Positions 47,730 to 56,927 of a stretch of DNA of 64,000 nt are shown here, piece by piece. The position numbers and the translations under genes are program-made. Source of the DNA: an alpha proteobacterium SCGC AAA288-N07 (lineage in GTDB: Bacteria; Pseudomonadota; Alphaproteobacteria; Pelagibacterales; Pelagibacteraceae); contig AZYB01000001.1 of assembly GCA_000513055.1 (NCBI GenBank), forward strand, positions 4,715-68,714, in the 5' to 3' direction. The notes under the pieces were generated by a model, which was given only the letters and a program-made list of their open reading frames with translations, was not told the DNA's origin and did not search any database. Position 1 is the stretch's first letter; the number at the start of each line of letters is the position of its first letter.

Positions 47730-48719
47730 TTTTTTAATTTTTTCTATTAATTCTTTGTTTATTTTTCTTGGTCCTAAGTCTAATCTGTTTTTATGTCTTC
47801 TTTCACCCGGTAAGCGTACACCATCCATTGATGACATTTTTCTAAAAAATTCATCTGAATGTTTACCCCAATCAGGACCAGCTATTTTTTCTGGTGAAAT
47901 AGCTAAAATAAATTCTCCTCCGCTTGGTGGACCGCCATCATTATTATCTTTTGCAGCAGTTTCATAACTAAAATTTTCTCCAACGAGAGCACCGGCTAAT
48001 AATTCTACCATCATTGCAATTGCAGAACCTTTATATCCACCAAAAGGAAGCAATACTCCTCCTTTTGAAATTTCGTTTGGGTTTGTTGTTTCTTTTCCAT
48101 CTTTATTTAAACCTGTTCCCAAAGGAACTTTGTGTCCATCTCTAGCTGCAACCATAACCTCTCCCATAGCCATAGCTGCTGTTGCCATATCATAAACAAC
48201 TGGAGTTTTTCCTGGACGTGGCCATGCAAATGAAATGGGATTAGTTCCAAATAATGCCTTCTTAGCACCCGCAGGTGCTACCATTGGTTTATATGATGTA
48301 CATGCAAAACCAACCAGGCCTGTTTCTGCTATAGCTTCGGTCTCAGGCCACAGAGCAGCCATATGATGTGAATTAGTAATAGCTAAAACTGCAACCCCTG
48401 TTTCTTTAGCCAGTTTAATTAATTTTGGTAAACCAACTTTTAAAACTATTGGTGCAAAAGCACTATTACCTAAAACTTTAATAACACTTGGTGAAATTTT
48501 TTTTAGTTCTGGTCTTGCTTTACCATTAACTTTTTTACTTTTTAAAGCAGCGACATAAGCTGGCAATCTAAATAAACCATGTGAAAGAGAACCATCTCTT
48601 TCAGCACGCATTATTGTATCAGATAAAATATTTGCATTTTCTTCATCACAGCCATTAAATAGTAATGTTTTTTTAGTTAAATCATAAATTTCATCTAGTG
48701 ATATAGAAATGATGCTCAT
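47721..48719 (-). CDS. Ldh_2 family oxidoreductase, Delta1-piperideine-2-carboxylate/Delta1-pyrroline-2-carboxylate reductase-like
   Basis: 332 aa. Strong resemblance to DpkA-type enzymes as I recall them (RDGSLSHGLFRLP, SHHMAALWPE, LFGTNPISFAWPR, LLPFGGYKGSAIAMMVELLAG, RLPGERR). Confidence 0.7.
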   Translation of the reverse strand: MSIISISLDEIYDLTKKTLLFNGCDEENANILSDTIMRAERDGSLSHGLFRLPAYVAALKSKKVNGKARPELKKISPSVIKVLGNSAFAPIVLKVGLPKLIKLAKETGVAVLAITNSHHMAALWPETEAIAETGLVGFACTSYKPMVAPAGAKKALFGTNPISFAWPRPGKTPVVYDMATAAMAMGEVMVAARDGHKVPLGTGLNKDGKETTNPNEISKGGVLLPFGGYKGSAIAMMVELLAGALVGENFSYETAAKDNNDGGPPSGGEFILAISPEKIAGPDWGKHSDEFFRKMSSMDGVRLPGERRHKNRLDLGPRKINKELIEKIKKLS

Positions 48720-48749
48720 TTAATGTTTGGATTTTATCTTATATTTTTT

Positions 48750-49826
48750 TTATTTAAATAATTTTTTTAGCCCTTCTTTAGATGCCTCACAAACACCTTT
48801 TTCAGTAATCAAACCTGTTATATATTTGGCTGGAGTTATGTCAAAAGCTAAGTTCATTGCCTTACTCTTCTTTGGATAAATTAGTATTTTTTTGAGCGTG
48901 CCATCTTTGCCTAACCCTTCCAAATGAGATAGTTCTTCAGAATTTCTTTCTTCAATTGGAATCTTTTTTAGGTCAGTAGTTTCCCAATCTATTGAGGAAC
49001 TTGGTAAAGCTACATAAAAGGGAATATTATTATCTTTAGCAGCTAAAGCTTTTAAATAAGTTCCAATTTTATTTGCTACATCCCCTGTAGCAATTGTTCT
49101 ATCGGTGCCAACTATGCACATATCAACTTCGCCTCTTTGCATTAATATTCCACCAGCATTATCAGCTATAATTGTATTAGGTACTCCTTCTTCGTTTAGT
49201 TCATAAGATGTAAGGAAAGCACCTTGATTTCTTGGTCTCGTTTCATCAACCCAGACATGAATTTTAATTCCTTTTTTATATGCATGATAAATTGGAGAAG
49301 TTGCTGTACCCCAATCAATTGTTGCAAGCCAACCTGCATTGCAATGGGTCAAAATATTTACTGTATCTTTCTTTTTATTATAAATTTCTTCAATAATTTT
49401 TAATCCGTTAAGTCCAATATTTTCGCAAAATTTTACATCTTCTTCACAAATTAATTTTGCCTCCTCTAAAGCGATTTTTAAAACTTCATTATTATTTATA
49501 CCTGACAATTTTTTTAGCATCCTATTTACTGCCCATTTTAAATTTATTGCGGTGGGTCTAGATTGTACTAAATTTTCACAGCTCACTTTAATAAATTTAT
49601 GGTCATTATTTTCCATAATGGCTAAAACTACTCCATAAGCTGCTGTAGCTCCTATAAGGGGTGCTCCCCTTACCTCCATGATTTTGATAGCATTAATAGC
49701 ATCTCTAATTGTTTTAAGATTTTTTATTTCAAATTTATGAGGAAGCTTAGTTTGATCAATGATTTTTACTGCTTGGTCTTTTTCATCAAACCAAATTGTT
49801 CTAAATGCCTTTCCATTTATATGCAT
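48750..49826 (-). CDS. mtnA: S-methyl-5-thioribose-1-phosphate isomerase
   Basis: 358 aa. eIF-2B alpha/beta/delta-like family with VRGAPLIGATAAYG and GTDRTIATGDVANKIGTY. Adjacent to mtnP. Confidence 0.85.
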   Translation of the reverse strand: MHINGKAFRTIWFDEKDQAVKIIDQTKLPHKFEIKNLKTIRDAINAIKIMEVRGAPLIGATAAYGVVLAIMENNDHKFIKVSCENLVQSRPTAINLKWAVNRMLKKLSGINNNEVLKIALEEAKLICEEDVKFCENIGLNGLKIIEEIYNKKKDTVNILTHCNAGWLATIDWGTATSPIYHAYKKGIKIHVWVDETRPRNQGAFLTSYELNEEGVPNTIIADNAGGILMQRGEVDMCIVGTDRTIATGDVANKIGTYLKALAAKDNNIPFYVALPSSSIDWETTDLKKIPIEERNSEELSHLEGLGKDGTLKKILIYPKKSKAMNLAFDITPAKYITGLITEKGVCEASKEGLKKLFK

Positions 49827-50701
49827 TATTTTTTAAAAAGTACTCTTCCAGCTATATTTTTCAATTTCTTTTTAGTTCTTTTTGTCATTAATTTTGGATT
49901 CGTAATTATAGCAGTATCAAGACAATTGCTTGCTGGATCATTTTTTTTAATTTCGCTTTCAAAATTCTCTATGACTATCTTGATCATATTTTTTGCCTTT
50001 TCTGCATTATCCATTAAGGTCTTAATTATCATTTGAACTTCAACATTTTCATGGTCTGGATGCCAGCAATCAAAATCTGTTACCATAGCTATAGTTGTGT
50101 ATCTAATTTCTGCTTCTCTAGCTAATTTAGCTTCAGGCATATTTGTCATTCCTATTACATCAGCGTTCCAGCTTCGATATAGATTAGATTCTGCAAAGCT
50201 AGAAAATTGAGGACCCTCCATAACTATATATGTGCCACCTCTTTGATATTTAATTTTTAATTGTTTCAAAGCATTTTCACACGCATTTGCTAAACCGACA
50301 CTGGTTGGGTGTGCCATAGAAACATGAGCAACAATCTCTTCATCAAAAAAAGTTTTTATCCTTGAAAAAGTTCTATCAATAAATTGGTCTACAAGTACAA
50401 AAGTTCCTGGGTCAAGATTTTCTTTAAGTGAACCTACAGCTGATACAGAAATAATATCTGTAACACCTAATTGCTTTAATGCATCAATATTGGCTCTAAA
50501 ATTTATATTTGTTGGTGAAATTTTATGACCTCTACTATGTCTAGGTAAAAAACATACTTCTTTTCCTTTATATTTGAAGTTTAATATTTCGTCTGAAGGA
50601 TTTCCCCATGGAGTTTTAATTTTCTTCCATTTGGGATTTTTCAATCCGTCAATTTCATAAAGACCACTTCCACCAATTACTGCTAATTTTGAATTTGTCA
50701 T
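49826..50701 (-). CDS. mtnP: S-methyl-5'-thioadenosine phosphorylase
   Basis: 291 aa. IGGSGLY, FLPRHSRGH, INFRANIDALK and GMTNMPEAKLAREAE motifs of MTAP. Overlaps the mtnA start by 1 nt. Confidence 0.9.
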   Translation of the reverse strand: MTNSKLAVIGGSGLYEIDGLKNPKWKKIKTPWGNPSDEILNFKYKGKEVCFLPRHSRGHKISPTNINFRANIDALKQLGVTDIISVSAVGSLKENLDPGTFVLVDQFIDRTFSRIKTFFDEEIVAHVSMAHPTSVGLANACENALKQLKIKYQRGGTYIVMEGPQFSSFAESNLYRSWNADVIGMTNMPEAKLAREAEIRYTTIAMVTDFDCWHPDHENVEVQMIIKTLMDNAEKAKNMIKIVIENFESEIKKNDPASNCLDTAIITNPKLMTKRTKKKLKNIAGRVLFKK

Positions 50702-50737
50702 TTTTATAATTAATTATTATGATGTTTCTTTTTTAAT

Positions 50738-51277
50738 TTGAATAAAAAAATGGATTTAAAAAAATATATTAGGTCAATTCCAGATTACCCCAAAAAAGGT
50801 ATATTATTTAGAGATATTACAACCTTAATTAAAGATGAAAATGCATTTAAAAGTTGCATTGATAAGATTATAGAAATTTCAAAAAAGATTAATTTCGATA
50901 AAATAGCAGCTATTGAATCAAGGGGATTTATCTTCTCCTCTCCAATTTCCTACATTCTTAATAAACCTTACGTGTTATTAAGAAAAAAGAATAAACTACC
51001 TGCAGATAAATATTCCATGGATTTTAAACTTGAATACGGAACTGCTACACTTGAAATGCATAAAGATTCGGTTAAAGAAAATGAAAAAGTTTTGATAATT
51101 GACGACTTAATAGCAACAGGGGGAAGCGCAGAAGCAGCGGCTAAACTTATTAAAATGGCTGGCGGGAAAGTTAGTGGATTTATTTTTGTAATAAACTTAT
51201 TTGATTTAGGTGGTTTAGATAATCTCAGAAAAAATTCTTACTTTGCTGAAAGCATAATTAGCTTTCCTGGTCACTGA
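50738..51277 (+). CDS. apt: adenine phosphoribosyltransferase
   Basis: 179 aa as listed (TTG start); the ATG at 50750 (MDLKKYIRSIPDYPKKGILFRDIT) is the more likely start. PRPP loop VLIIDDLIATGGSA. Confidence 0.9.
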   Translation: MNKKMDLKKYIRSIPDYPKKGILFRDITTLIKDENAFKSCIDKIIEISKKINFDKIAAIESRGFIFSSPISYILNKPYVLLRKKNKLPADKYSMDFKLEYGTATLEMHKDSVKENEKVLIIDDLIATGGSAEAAAKLIKMAGGKVSGFIFVINLFDLGGLDNLRKNSYFAESIISFPGH

Positions 51278-52179
51278 AATAGTGATCCAACTCTATACCA
51301 AGACTTTTTTCCTAAAATACCATTGATTATTCCTAAAGTTCTTGCAGAGTATATTTTTCTTTTTTCTGAATTTAACAAAGTTGCATATAAAAAAAAATAA
51401 AAAATTGATCTAAAAAGTTTTCCGTAGGTTTTGTATACAGCATAAAAATAACCATAGTATTTTTTTTGATAATAGAATGTTGACCACATCCAATGCCAAT
51501 TTCTTAACAATTCAAATTCTAGATTGCGATTATTTTCGGTAGAACTTTTTTTGCCAAGATGTTTAACGTATAAATCTTTAGCAGAATAAATTTTTCCTTC
51601 TCTACTTTTAACTCTCCTACAGAGATCAAATTCTTCAAAATATAAAAAAATATTTTCATCAAATAAATTTCTTGTATCAAACTTTTTTAAATCAACTAAC
51701 ATTGCATTCCCTGACACCCAGTCAACTACTTCGAGTGAGTCATCATTAGACTTTTCTTCATTGTTAAATTTTACTCTTTTGTCAAATTCACTAAATACAC
51801 CAGAGCTCTTCCATGTTGAATCATTTCGATAGTTAGCGCCGATGATATGGAAATTAATTTTTTGATCTAAATATTTATCAATTTTTTTAAAAAAATCTTG
51901 TTCTAAAATAACATCTGGATTTAAAATTAAAGCATATCTTGTTTTTACCTCTGTTATTCCAAAATTATTTCCTTTACCATATCCAAAATTTTTACCAGTC
52001 ATAATTATATTTAGTCCCGGATATTTCTTAGTAATATTTTCCTTAAATAAGTAATTTTTTGAATTTTCTACAATTAAAACTTTAACCTTAGAATCGATAG
52101 AATCTAAACAATCAGACAAAATCTTTTCATTAGTTTTATATGTTAGAATAACTACAGTTAAATTATCAATATTATCCAT
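51271..52179 (-). CDS. glycosyltransferase family 2
   Basis: 302 aa. N-terminal VVILTYKTNE...DCLDSI GT-A fold with LNPDV (DxD-like) motif. Its stop overlaps the apt stop (convergent). Confidence 0.8.
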   Translation of the reverse strand: MDNIDNLTVVILTYKTNEKILSDCLDSIDSKVKVLIVENSKNYLFKENITKKYPGLNIIMTGKNFGYGKGNNFGITEVKTRYALILNPDVILEQDFFKKIDKYLDQKINFHIIGANYRNDSTWKSSGVFSEFDKRVKFNNEEKSNDDSLEVVDWVSGNAMLVDLKKFDTRNLFDENIFLYFEEFDLCRRVKSREGKIYSAKDLYVKHLGKKSSTENNRNLEFELLRNWHWMWSTFYYQKKYYGYFYAVYKTYGKLFRSIFYFFLYATLLNSEKRKIYSARTLGIINGILGKKSWYRVGSLFQ

Positions 52180-52254
52180 TTGTTATAATTTTTATCAAAT
52201 TATTTATTAAGAAAAAATGTATACTTTTTTTTTTCATTGATGTAAAAAATCTTA

Positions 52255-53286
52255 ATGCAGAAAAAGGCTATTGTTACAGGCGGATTGGGTTTCATAGGAA
52301 GCAATTTAATCAAGCTACTTTTAAAAAACAATTTTTTTGTCATCAACATCGATAAAATTACCTATGCATCAAATTTTTACAATTTAAGAGACATTAAAAA
52401 AAATAATTATAAGTTCTATAAATTAGATATCTGTAACAAAAAAAAAATAAACTTAATTTTAAAAAAATATAAACCAAATGTTTTATTTAACTTAGCTGCT
52501 GAAACACATGTAGATCGTTCCATAAATAATCCTGAAATTTTTTTTAAGTCAAATATTATGGGTGTCTATAATATTTTGGAATGCATAAAAAAATATGTAA
52601 AAATTAAAAAAAACTTTAGAATGATTCATGTCTCTACTGATGAAGTTTATGGAGATATCAAAAAATTTAAAAAGTCTAAAGAAGGAGACAAATATAGCCC
52701 TAGTTCACCTTATTCAGCTTCAAAAGCAAGCGCAGATCATTTAATTAATTCTTATATTAGAACTTATAAATTACCAGTTGTGATTTCAAATTGTTGCAAT
52801 AACTTTGGTCCTAATCAATTTCCAGAAAAATTTATTCCCAAAGCAATATTTAATATTATAATTAATAAAAATATTCAAATTTATGGAAAAGGCCGAAACC
52901 AAAGAGAATGGATATATGTTGAAGACCATTGTCGAGCACTAATTAATATATTTAGGAAAGGAAAAATTGGTGAAAGTTATAACGTTGGAACTGGGTTTAT
53001 AGTCAATAATTTAGAGCTAGCAAAAAAAATAAGAAAAATTTATAGATCTAGTTTCGATAAAAAAAAACAAAAAGTAAAAATTGATTTTATAAAAGATAGG
53101 CCTGGACATGACTTAAGATATGCTTTGGATAGTAGTAAAATTAAAAAAAAATTGGGTTGGAAACGTCTGTATAGTTTTGATAGAGCATTGTTTAAAACAA
53201 TAGAATGGTATTTAAATAATCCAAGATTTTATAGTAGCAACCAAAGAAAAAAATTTGATAAAAGGTTAGGTTTAATTAATGATTAA
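52255..53286 (+). CDS. rfbB: dTDP-glucose 4,6-dehydratase
   Basis: 343 aa. TGGLGFIGSN Rossmann motif, STDEVYG, catalytic YSASK. Confidence 0.9.
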   Translation: MQKKAIVTGGLGFIGSNLIKLLLKNNFFVINIDKITYASNFYNLRDIKKNNYKFYKLDICNKKKINLILKKYKPNVLFNLAAETHVDRSINNPEIFFKSNIMGVYNILECIKKYVKIKKNFRMIHVSTDEVYGDIKKFKKSKEGDKYSPSSPYSASKASADHLINSYIRTYKLPVVISNCCNNFGPNQFPEKFIPKAIFNIIINKNIQIYGKGRNQREWIYVEDHCRALINIFRKGKIGESYNVGTGFIVNNLELAKKIRKIYRSSFDKKKQKVKIDFIKDRPGHDLRYALDSSKIKKKLGWKRLYSFDRALFKTIEWYLNNPRFYSSNQRKKFDKRLGLIND

Positions 53287-54145
53287 AAAGGGGATTATAT
53301 TAGCTGGGGGTTATGGAACAAGACTTGGTCCTCTTACAAAGGGGGTAAATAAGCAATTGCTTCCCCTTTATGATAAACCTTTAATTTACTATCCTTTGTC
53401 AGTTTTAATGCTTGCTGGAATAAAAAATATTTTAATTATTACTAATAAAGGTGAAAAATACAATTTTATAAAATTGTTCGGAGATGTATCTCAACTTGGT
53501 ATAAAAATTTCATTCTTAGAACAAGATAGGCCCAGAGGTTTACCAGATGCTTTTATTGTTGGTAAAAATTTTATCGGAAAAGATGACGTTGTATTAATTT
53601 TGGGTGATAATTTTTTTTATGGCCAAGGATTTACTAACAGACTTAAAACAGCCCTTAATAAAAATAAAGGTGCTACTATATTTACTTATATTGTAAACAA
53701 CCCTTCTGACTACGGAATATTAGAAATTGATGATAAAAATAAAATTAAAAGGATTGTTGAAAAGCCATCTAAACCTAAATCCAACTTAGCTATTACCGGA
53801 CTGTATTTCTTTAATCATAAAGTGGTTAATTTTGCCAAAACATTAAAACCTTCTAAAAGAAATGAATTAGAAATAGTTGATTTACTGAATATATATTTAC
53901 AAAATAAATCATTAAAGTCAGAATTTATGGGTAGAGGTAGCGCTTGGTTAGATACTGGAAATGCAACAAATCTATTTAATGCATCACAATACATAGCCGC
54001 AATAGAAGAAAGACAGGGATTAAAAATTGCATGCATTGAAGAAATTTCTTATCAAAATAAATGGATTTCAAAAAAACAAATCTTAAAAAGAATTAATTTC
54101 TATGGGAAATGTGATTATTCCAATTATCTGAAGAAGATAATCTAA
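53279..54145 (+). CDS. rfbA: glucose-1-phosphate thymidylyltransferase
   Basis: 288 aa. GIILAGGYGTRLGPLT and KQLLPLYDKPLIYYPLS motifs. Confidence 0.9.
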   Translation: MIKKGIILAGGYGTRLGPLTKGVNKQLLPLYDKPLIYYPLSVLMLAGIKNILIITNKGEKYNFIKLFGDVSQLGIKISFLEQDRPRGLPDAFIVGKNFIGKDDVVLILGDNFFYGQGFTNRLKTALNKNKGATIFTYIVNNPSDYGILEIDDKNKIKRIVEKPSKPKSNLAITGLYFFNHKVVNFAKTLKPSKRNELEIVDLLNIYLQNKSLKSEFMGRGSAWLDTGNATNLFNASQYIAAIEERQGLKIACIEEISYQNKWISKKQILKRINFYGKCDYSNYLKKII

Positions 54146-54156
54146 TTATCAATAAT

Positions 54157-54693
54157 ATGAGAATTATTAATACTAATTTTAAAGATCTCATAATTATTGC
54201 TCATAAAAGTCATTCTGATTTTAGAGGTAGTTTAAGAGAGACATACAACAAAAAAATAGTTGATTGGGATAAATTTATATTTGATTACGCAACTATTTCT
54301 AAAAAAAATGTTTTGAGAGGATTTCATTTTCAATATAAACATCAACAATCTAAGTTAGTTACTGTTATTAAAGGAAAAATATTAGATTTGGCAATTGATC
54401 TTAGAAGAAATTCGACTACGTTTGGTAAAACTTTTTCTATAATCTTGTCAGAAAATAACTGTAAATCTTTATATATTCCTAGAGGATTTGCTCATGCTTA
54501 TTTTTCAATACAGAAAATGAACGTAATTTATTACAAACTATCTGATTATTATAATCCTAAATTTGAAGATGGAATTTGTTATAATGACAAAGATATAAAC
54601 GCTAAATGGCCTAAAACAAAATTAATTGTGTCAAAAAAGGATAAGTTGCTAGGTAACTTTCAAAGCTTCAAAAAAAAATATAAAGGATTGTAA
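54157..54693 (+). CDS. rfbC: dTDP-4-dehydrorhamnose 3,5-epimerase
   Basis: 178 aa. RGFHFQ, KLVTVIKGKILD and IPRGFAHAY cupin motifs of RmlC. Confidence 0.85.
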   Translation: MRIINTNFKDLIIIAHKSHSDFRGSLRETYNKKIVDWDKFIFDYATISKKNVLRGFHFQYKHQQSKLVTVIKGKILDLAIDLRRNSTTFGKTFSIILSENNCKSLYIPRGFAHAYFSIQKMNVIYYKLSDYYNPKFEDGICYNDKDINAKWPKTKLIVSKKDKLLGNFQSFKKKYKGL

Positions 54694-54720
54694 ACAATTT
54701 ATAAATAGATTTATTTATTA

Positions 54721-55440
54721 ATGTTTCAAATTAAAAGTAATATACAAAAGAAAATTTTAAGACTTAAAGGTAGTAAAAATACTTTAAAATTAAATTTTTT
54801 TTTTCATAAGTACTTTGGTGAAAAAAACATAGGGAAAATAGGATTAAATTTTTCAAATAAACCAGATAAAAAAAAAATAGTACAAGATACGATCAATAGA
54901 AAAAAATATAAATCTTATTTGGAGATCGGTTGTTTTGATGACGATTTATTTAATCATATAAATTGTCAAACAAAAGTGGGCGTTGATCCTTATTCAGGCG
55001 GAACTTTAAGAAAAACGAGTGATGATTTTTTTTTAAAAAATAAAAATACTTTTGATTGTATTTTTATAGATGGTCTTCATTATTATCATCAGGTAAAAAA
55101 AGATATTACTAATTCAATAAAATCTTTAAATCAAAATGGAGTAATTTTTATTCATGATTGTTTGCCAAATAATGTTTTTGATCAAGCTGTCCCTCGATGT
55201 AAATATGTCTGGAACGGTGACGTTTGGAAAGCAATTGTGGAATTTAGAACCCTAGATTATGTGGATACGTATACATGTTATGCTGATATGGGAATAGGAA
55301 TAATTTTAAAGAACAAAAACAAAAATAAATTAAAAATAGATATTAATGATTTTTCGAAACTTAAATTTTCTGATTATTTTAAAAACTTTAAGGAATATAT
55401 GAATATAGTTGAATATGAAGAACTAGTAAATTTATTCTAA
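54721..55440 (+). CDS. class I SAM-dependent methyltransferase-like protein
   Basis: 239 aa. YLEIGCFDDD (motif I-like), IFIDGLHYY and VIFIHDC resemble methyltransferases found in glycan clusters. Assignment by eye. Confidence 0.5.
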   Translation: MFQIKSNIQKKILRLKGSKNTLKLNFFFHKYFGEKNIGKIGLNFSNKPDKKKIVQDTINRKKYKSYLEIGCFDDDLFNHINCQTKVGVDPYSGGTLRKTSDDFFLKNKNTFDCIFIDGLHYYHQVKKDITNSIKSLNQNGVIFIHDCLPNNVFDQAVPRCKYVWNGDVWKAIVEFRTLDYVDTYTCYADMGIGIILKNKNKNKLKIDINDFSKLKFSDYFKNFKEYMNIVEYEELVNLF

Positions 55441-55444
55441 ATAA

Positions 55445-55521
55445 TGGTAGCGGGGGGCGGAGTTGAACCGCCGACCCCAGGCTTATGAGTCCTGTGCTCT
55501 AACCAACTGAGCTACCCCGCC
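55445..55521 (-). tRNA. tRNA-Met (anticodon CAU), elongator-like; a lysidine-modified tRNA-Ile2 cannot be excluded
   Basis: The reverse complement GGCGGGGTAGCTCAGTTGGTTAGAGCACAGGACTCATAAGCCTGGGGTCGGCGGTTCAACTCCGCCCCCCGCTACCA folds as a cloverleaf: 7-bp acceptor, D arm GCTC/GAGC, anticodon loop CTCATAA, T arm GGCGG/CCGCC, encoded CCA. Confidence 0.9.
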
Positions 55522-55565
55522 ATTAGCATTGTATTGAGTTATAATACTTATAAAAAATTCTTCAA

Positions 55566-56048
55566 TTAATTTTTCAAAGCAGGAAAAACAGGGTTCATTT
55601 TTAAAAATAATCTTTGATATTCTTGTTTTATACATCGATTAGCAACGTAAATAATATTAGCAGAATTAGAAATATTTTCTGCTTCCATATTTTGAATGCC
55701 ATATTGCAACCAAAAAACTCTTGTTTTAATTTCAGTAGCTAATTTAGCTATTTCAGGAGTCTCGGTTGAGGGACGAAAAACATTAACTATATCGACTGGC
55801 ACAGTTATATCTTTAAGGCTACCAACTATGGTCTCACCAAATAATTGCTTTCCTTCAGAAGTTGGATTCACTGGTATGACCTTATAACCAAATTCTTGAA
55901 GATACTTCATAACAATAGTTGAAGGCCTCCTTTTAATAAAACTTGGGTTCTCTTCTTTTTTTAATGAACTCACCCCCACCATCGCAATAGTTTTTGATGT
56001 AGTAAAAATTTTTTTTAATAATTGATCATCTGGTATTAAAGAAGTCAT
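55566..56048 (-). CDS. CoA-binding domain protein (YccU-like)
   Basis: 160 aa. KTIAMVGVSS...GYKVIPVNP pattern of the CoA-binding (succinyl-CoA synthetase-like flavodoxin) domain. Confidence 0.65.
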   Translation of the reverse strand: MTSLIPDDQLLKKIFTTSKTIAMVGVSSLKKEENPSFIKRRPSTIVMKYLQEFGYKVIPVNPTSEGKQLFGETIVGSLKDITVPVDIVNVFRPSTETPEIAKLATEIKTRVFWLQYGIQNMEAENISNSANIIYVANRCIKQEYQRLFLKMNPVFPALKN

Positions 56049-56834
56049 TTATTTATTTTTCCAATGAGGATCTCTTTTTTCTAGAAAAGCAGAAATACCC
56101 TCTTTGGCATCTAAAGTTGTCATATTTTCGGACATTACTTGACTTGTATACTTGTAGGCCTCTTCTAATGGCATCTCTAGTTGTTTATAAAAGGCTTCTT
56201 TTCCTATCTTTACTACTTTTGTTGATTTAGAAGCAATTGTCTCTGCTAGCTTTAATACTTCTTCTTCTAGTTTTGATTTTTCAAAATGGTCATTTATCAA
56301 TCCAATTTCCTTTGCATATTTAGCAGAAATAGATTTTCCAGTTAGAAGCATATTCATTGTTTTTTTTCTATTAATATTTCTACTTAAAGAAACCATAGGT
56401 GTGCTACAAAAAAGTCCAATATTAACTCCGGGAGTGGCAAATATTGCATCGTTTGTACTTAAGGCTAAATCACATGTAGCGACCAATTGGCACCCTGCTG
56501 CAAAGGCAGCGCCATGTACTTTAGCTATAACGGGTTTGTTATTTTGCACAATACGCATCATCAATTCAGAACATAAACTAAACAACTTGAGATAATCAGG
56601 TTTACCCTTTAAAGAATTAATTTCTTTAAGATTGTGGCCAGCACTAAATCCCTTTCCTAACCCCTCTATAATAATTACTTTTGTTTTTTCATCATCATTA
56701 AAACTATCAAAACTTTTTATTAATGATTTGAGTGTATTTAGAGATAAAGCATTATAAGTACTAGGCTCATTTAACTTAATACGTGAAATTCCATTATTTG
56801 ATGATTGAACAGTAATATTTGATAATTCTCTCAT
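56049..56834 (-). CDS. enoyl-CoA hydratase/isomerase (crotonase) family protein
   Basis: 261 aa. Crotonase oxyanion-hole motifs (GKGFSAGHNL, VHGAAFAAGCQL). Confidence 0.85.
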   Translation of the reverse strand: MRELSNITVQSSNNGISRIKLNEPSTYNALSLNTLKSLIKSFDSFNDDEKTKVIIIEGLGKGFSAGHNLKEINSLKGKPDYLKLFSLCSELMMRIVQNNKPVIAKVHGAAFAAGCQLVATCDLALSTNDAIFATPGVNIGLFCSTPMVSLSRNINRKKTMNMLLTGKSISAKYAKEIGLINDHFEKSKLEEEVLKLAETIASKSTKVVKIGKEAFYKQLEMPLEEAYKYTSQVMSENMTTLDAKEGISAFLEKRDPHWKNK

Positions 56835-56927
56835 TAGAAAAATCTACCAATGTGATTATACTGTGGCAAGATTATTATTTATTGACGAAAATAGCTCTAT
56901 TTAAAATATTTTTTGGAAGAAAAATTG

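Noticed and set aside
55445-55521. tRNA-Met as an attachment site of an integrated mobile element
   Set aside because: No integrase, no direct repeat of the tRNA 3' end and no phage or transposon genes were seen on either side. I report only a variable glycan islet.
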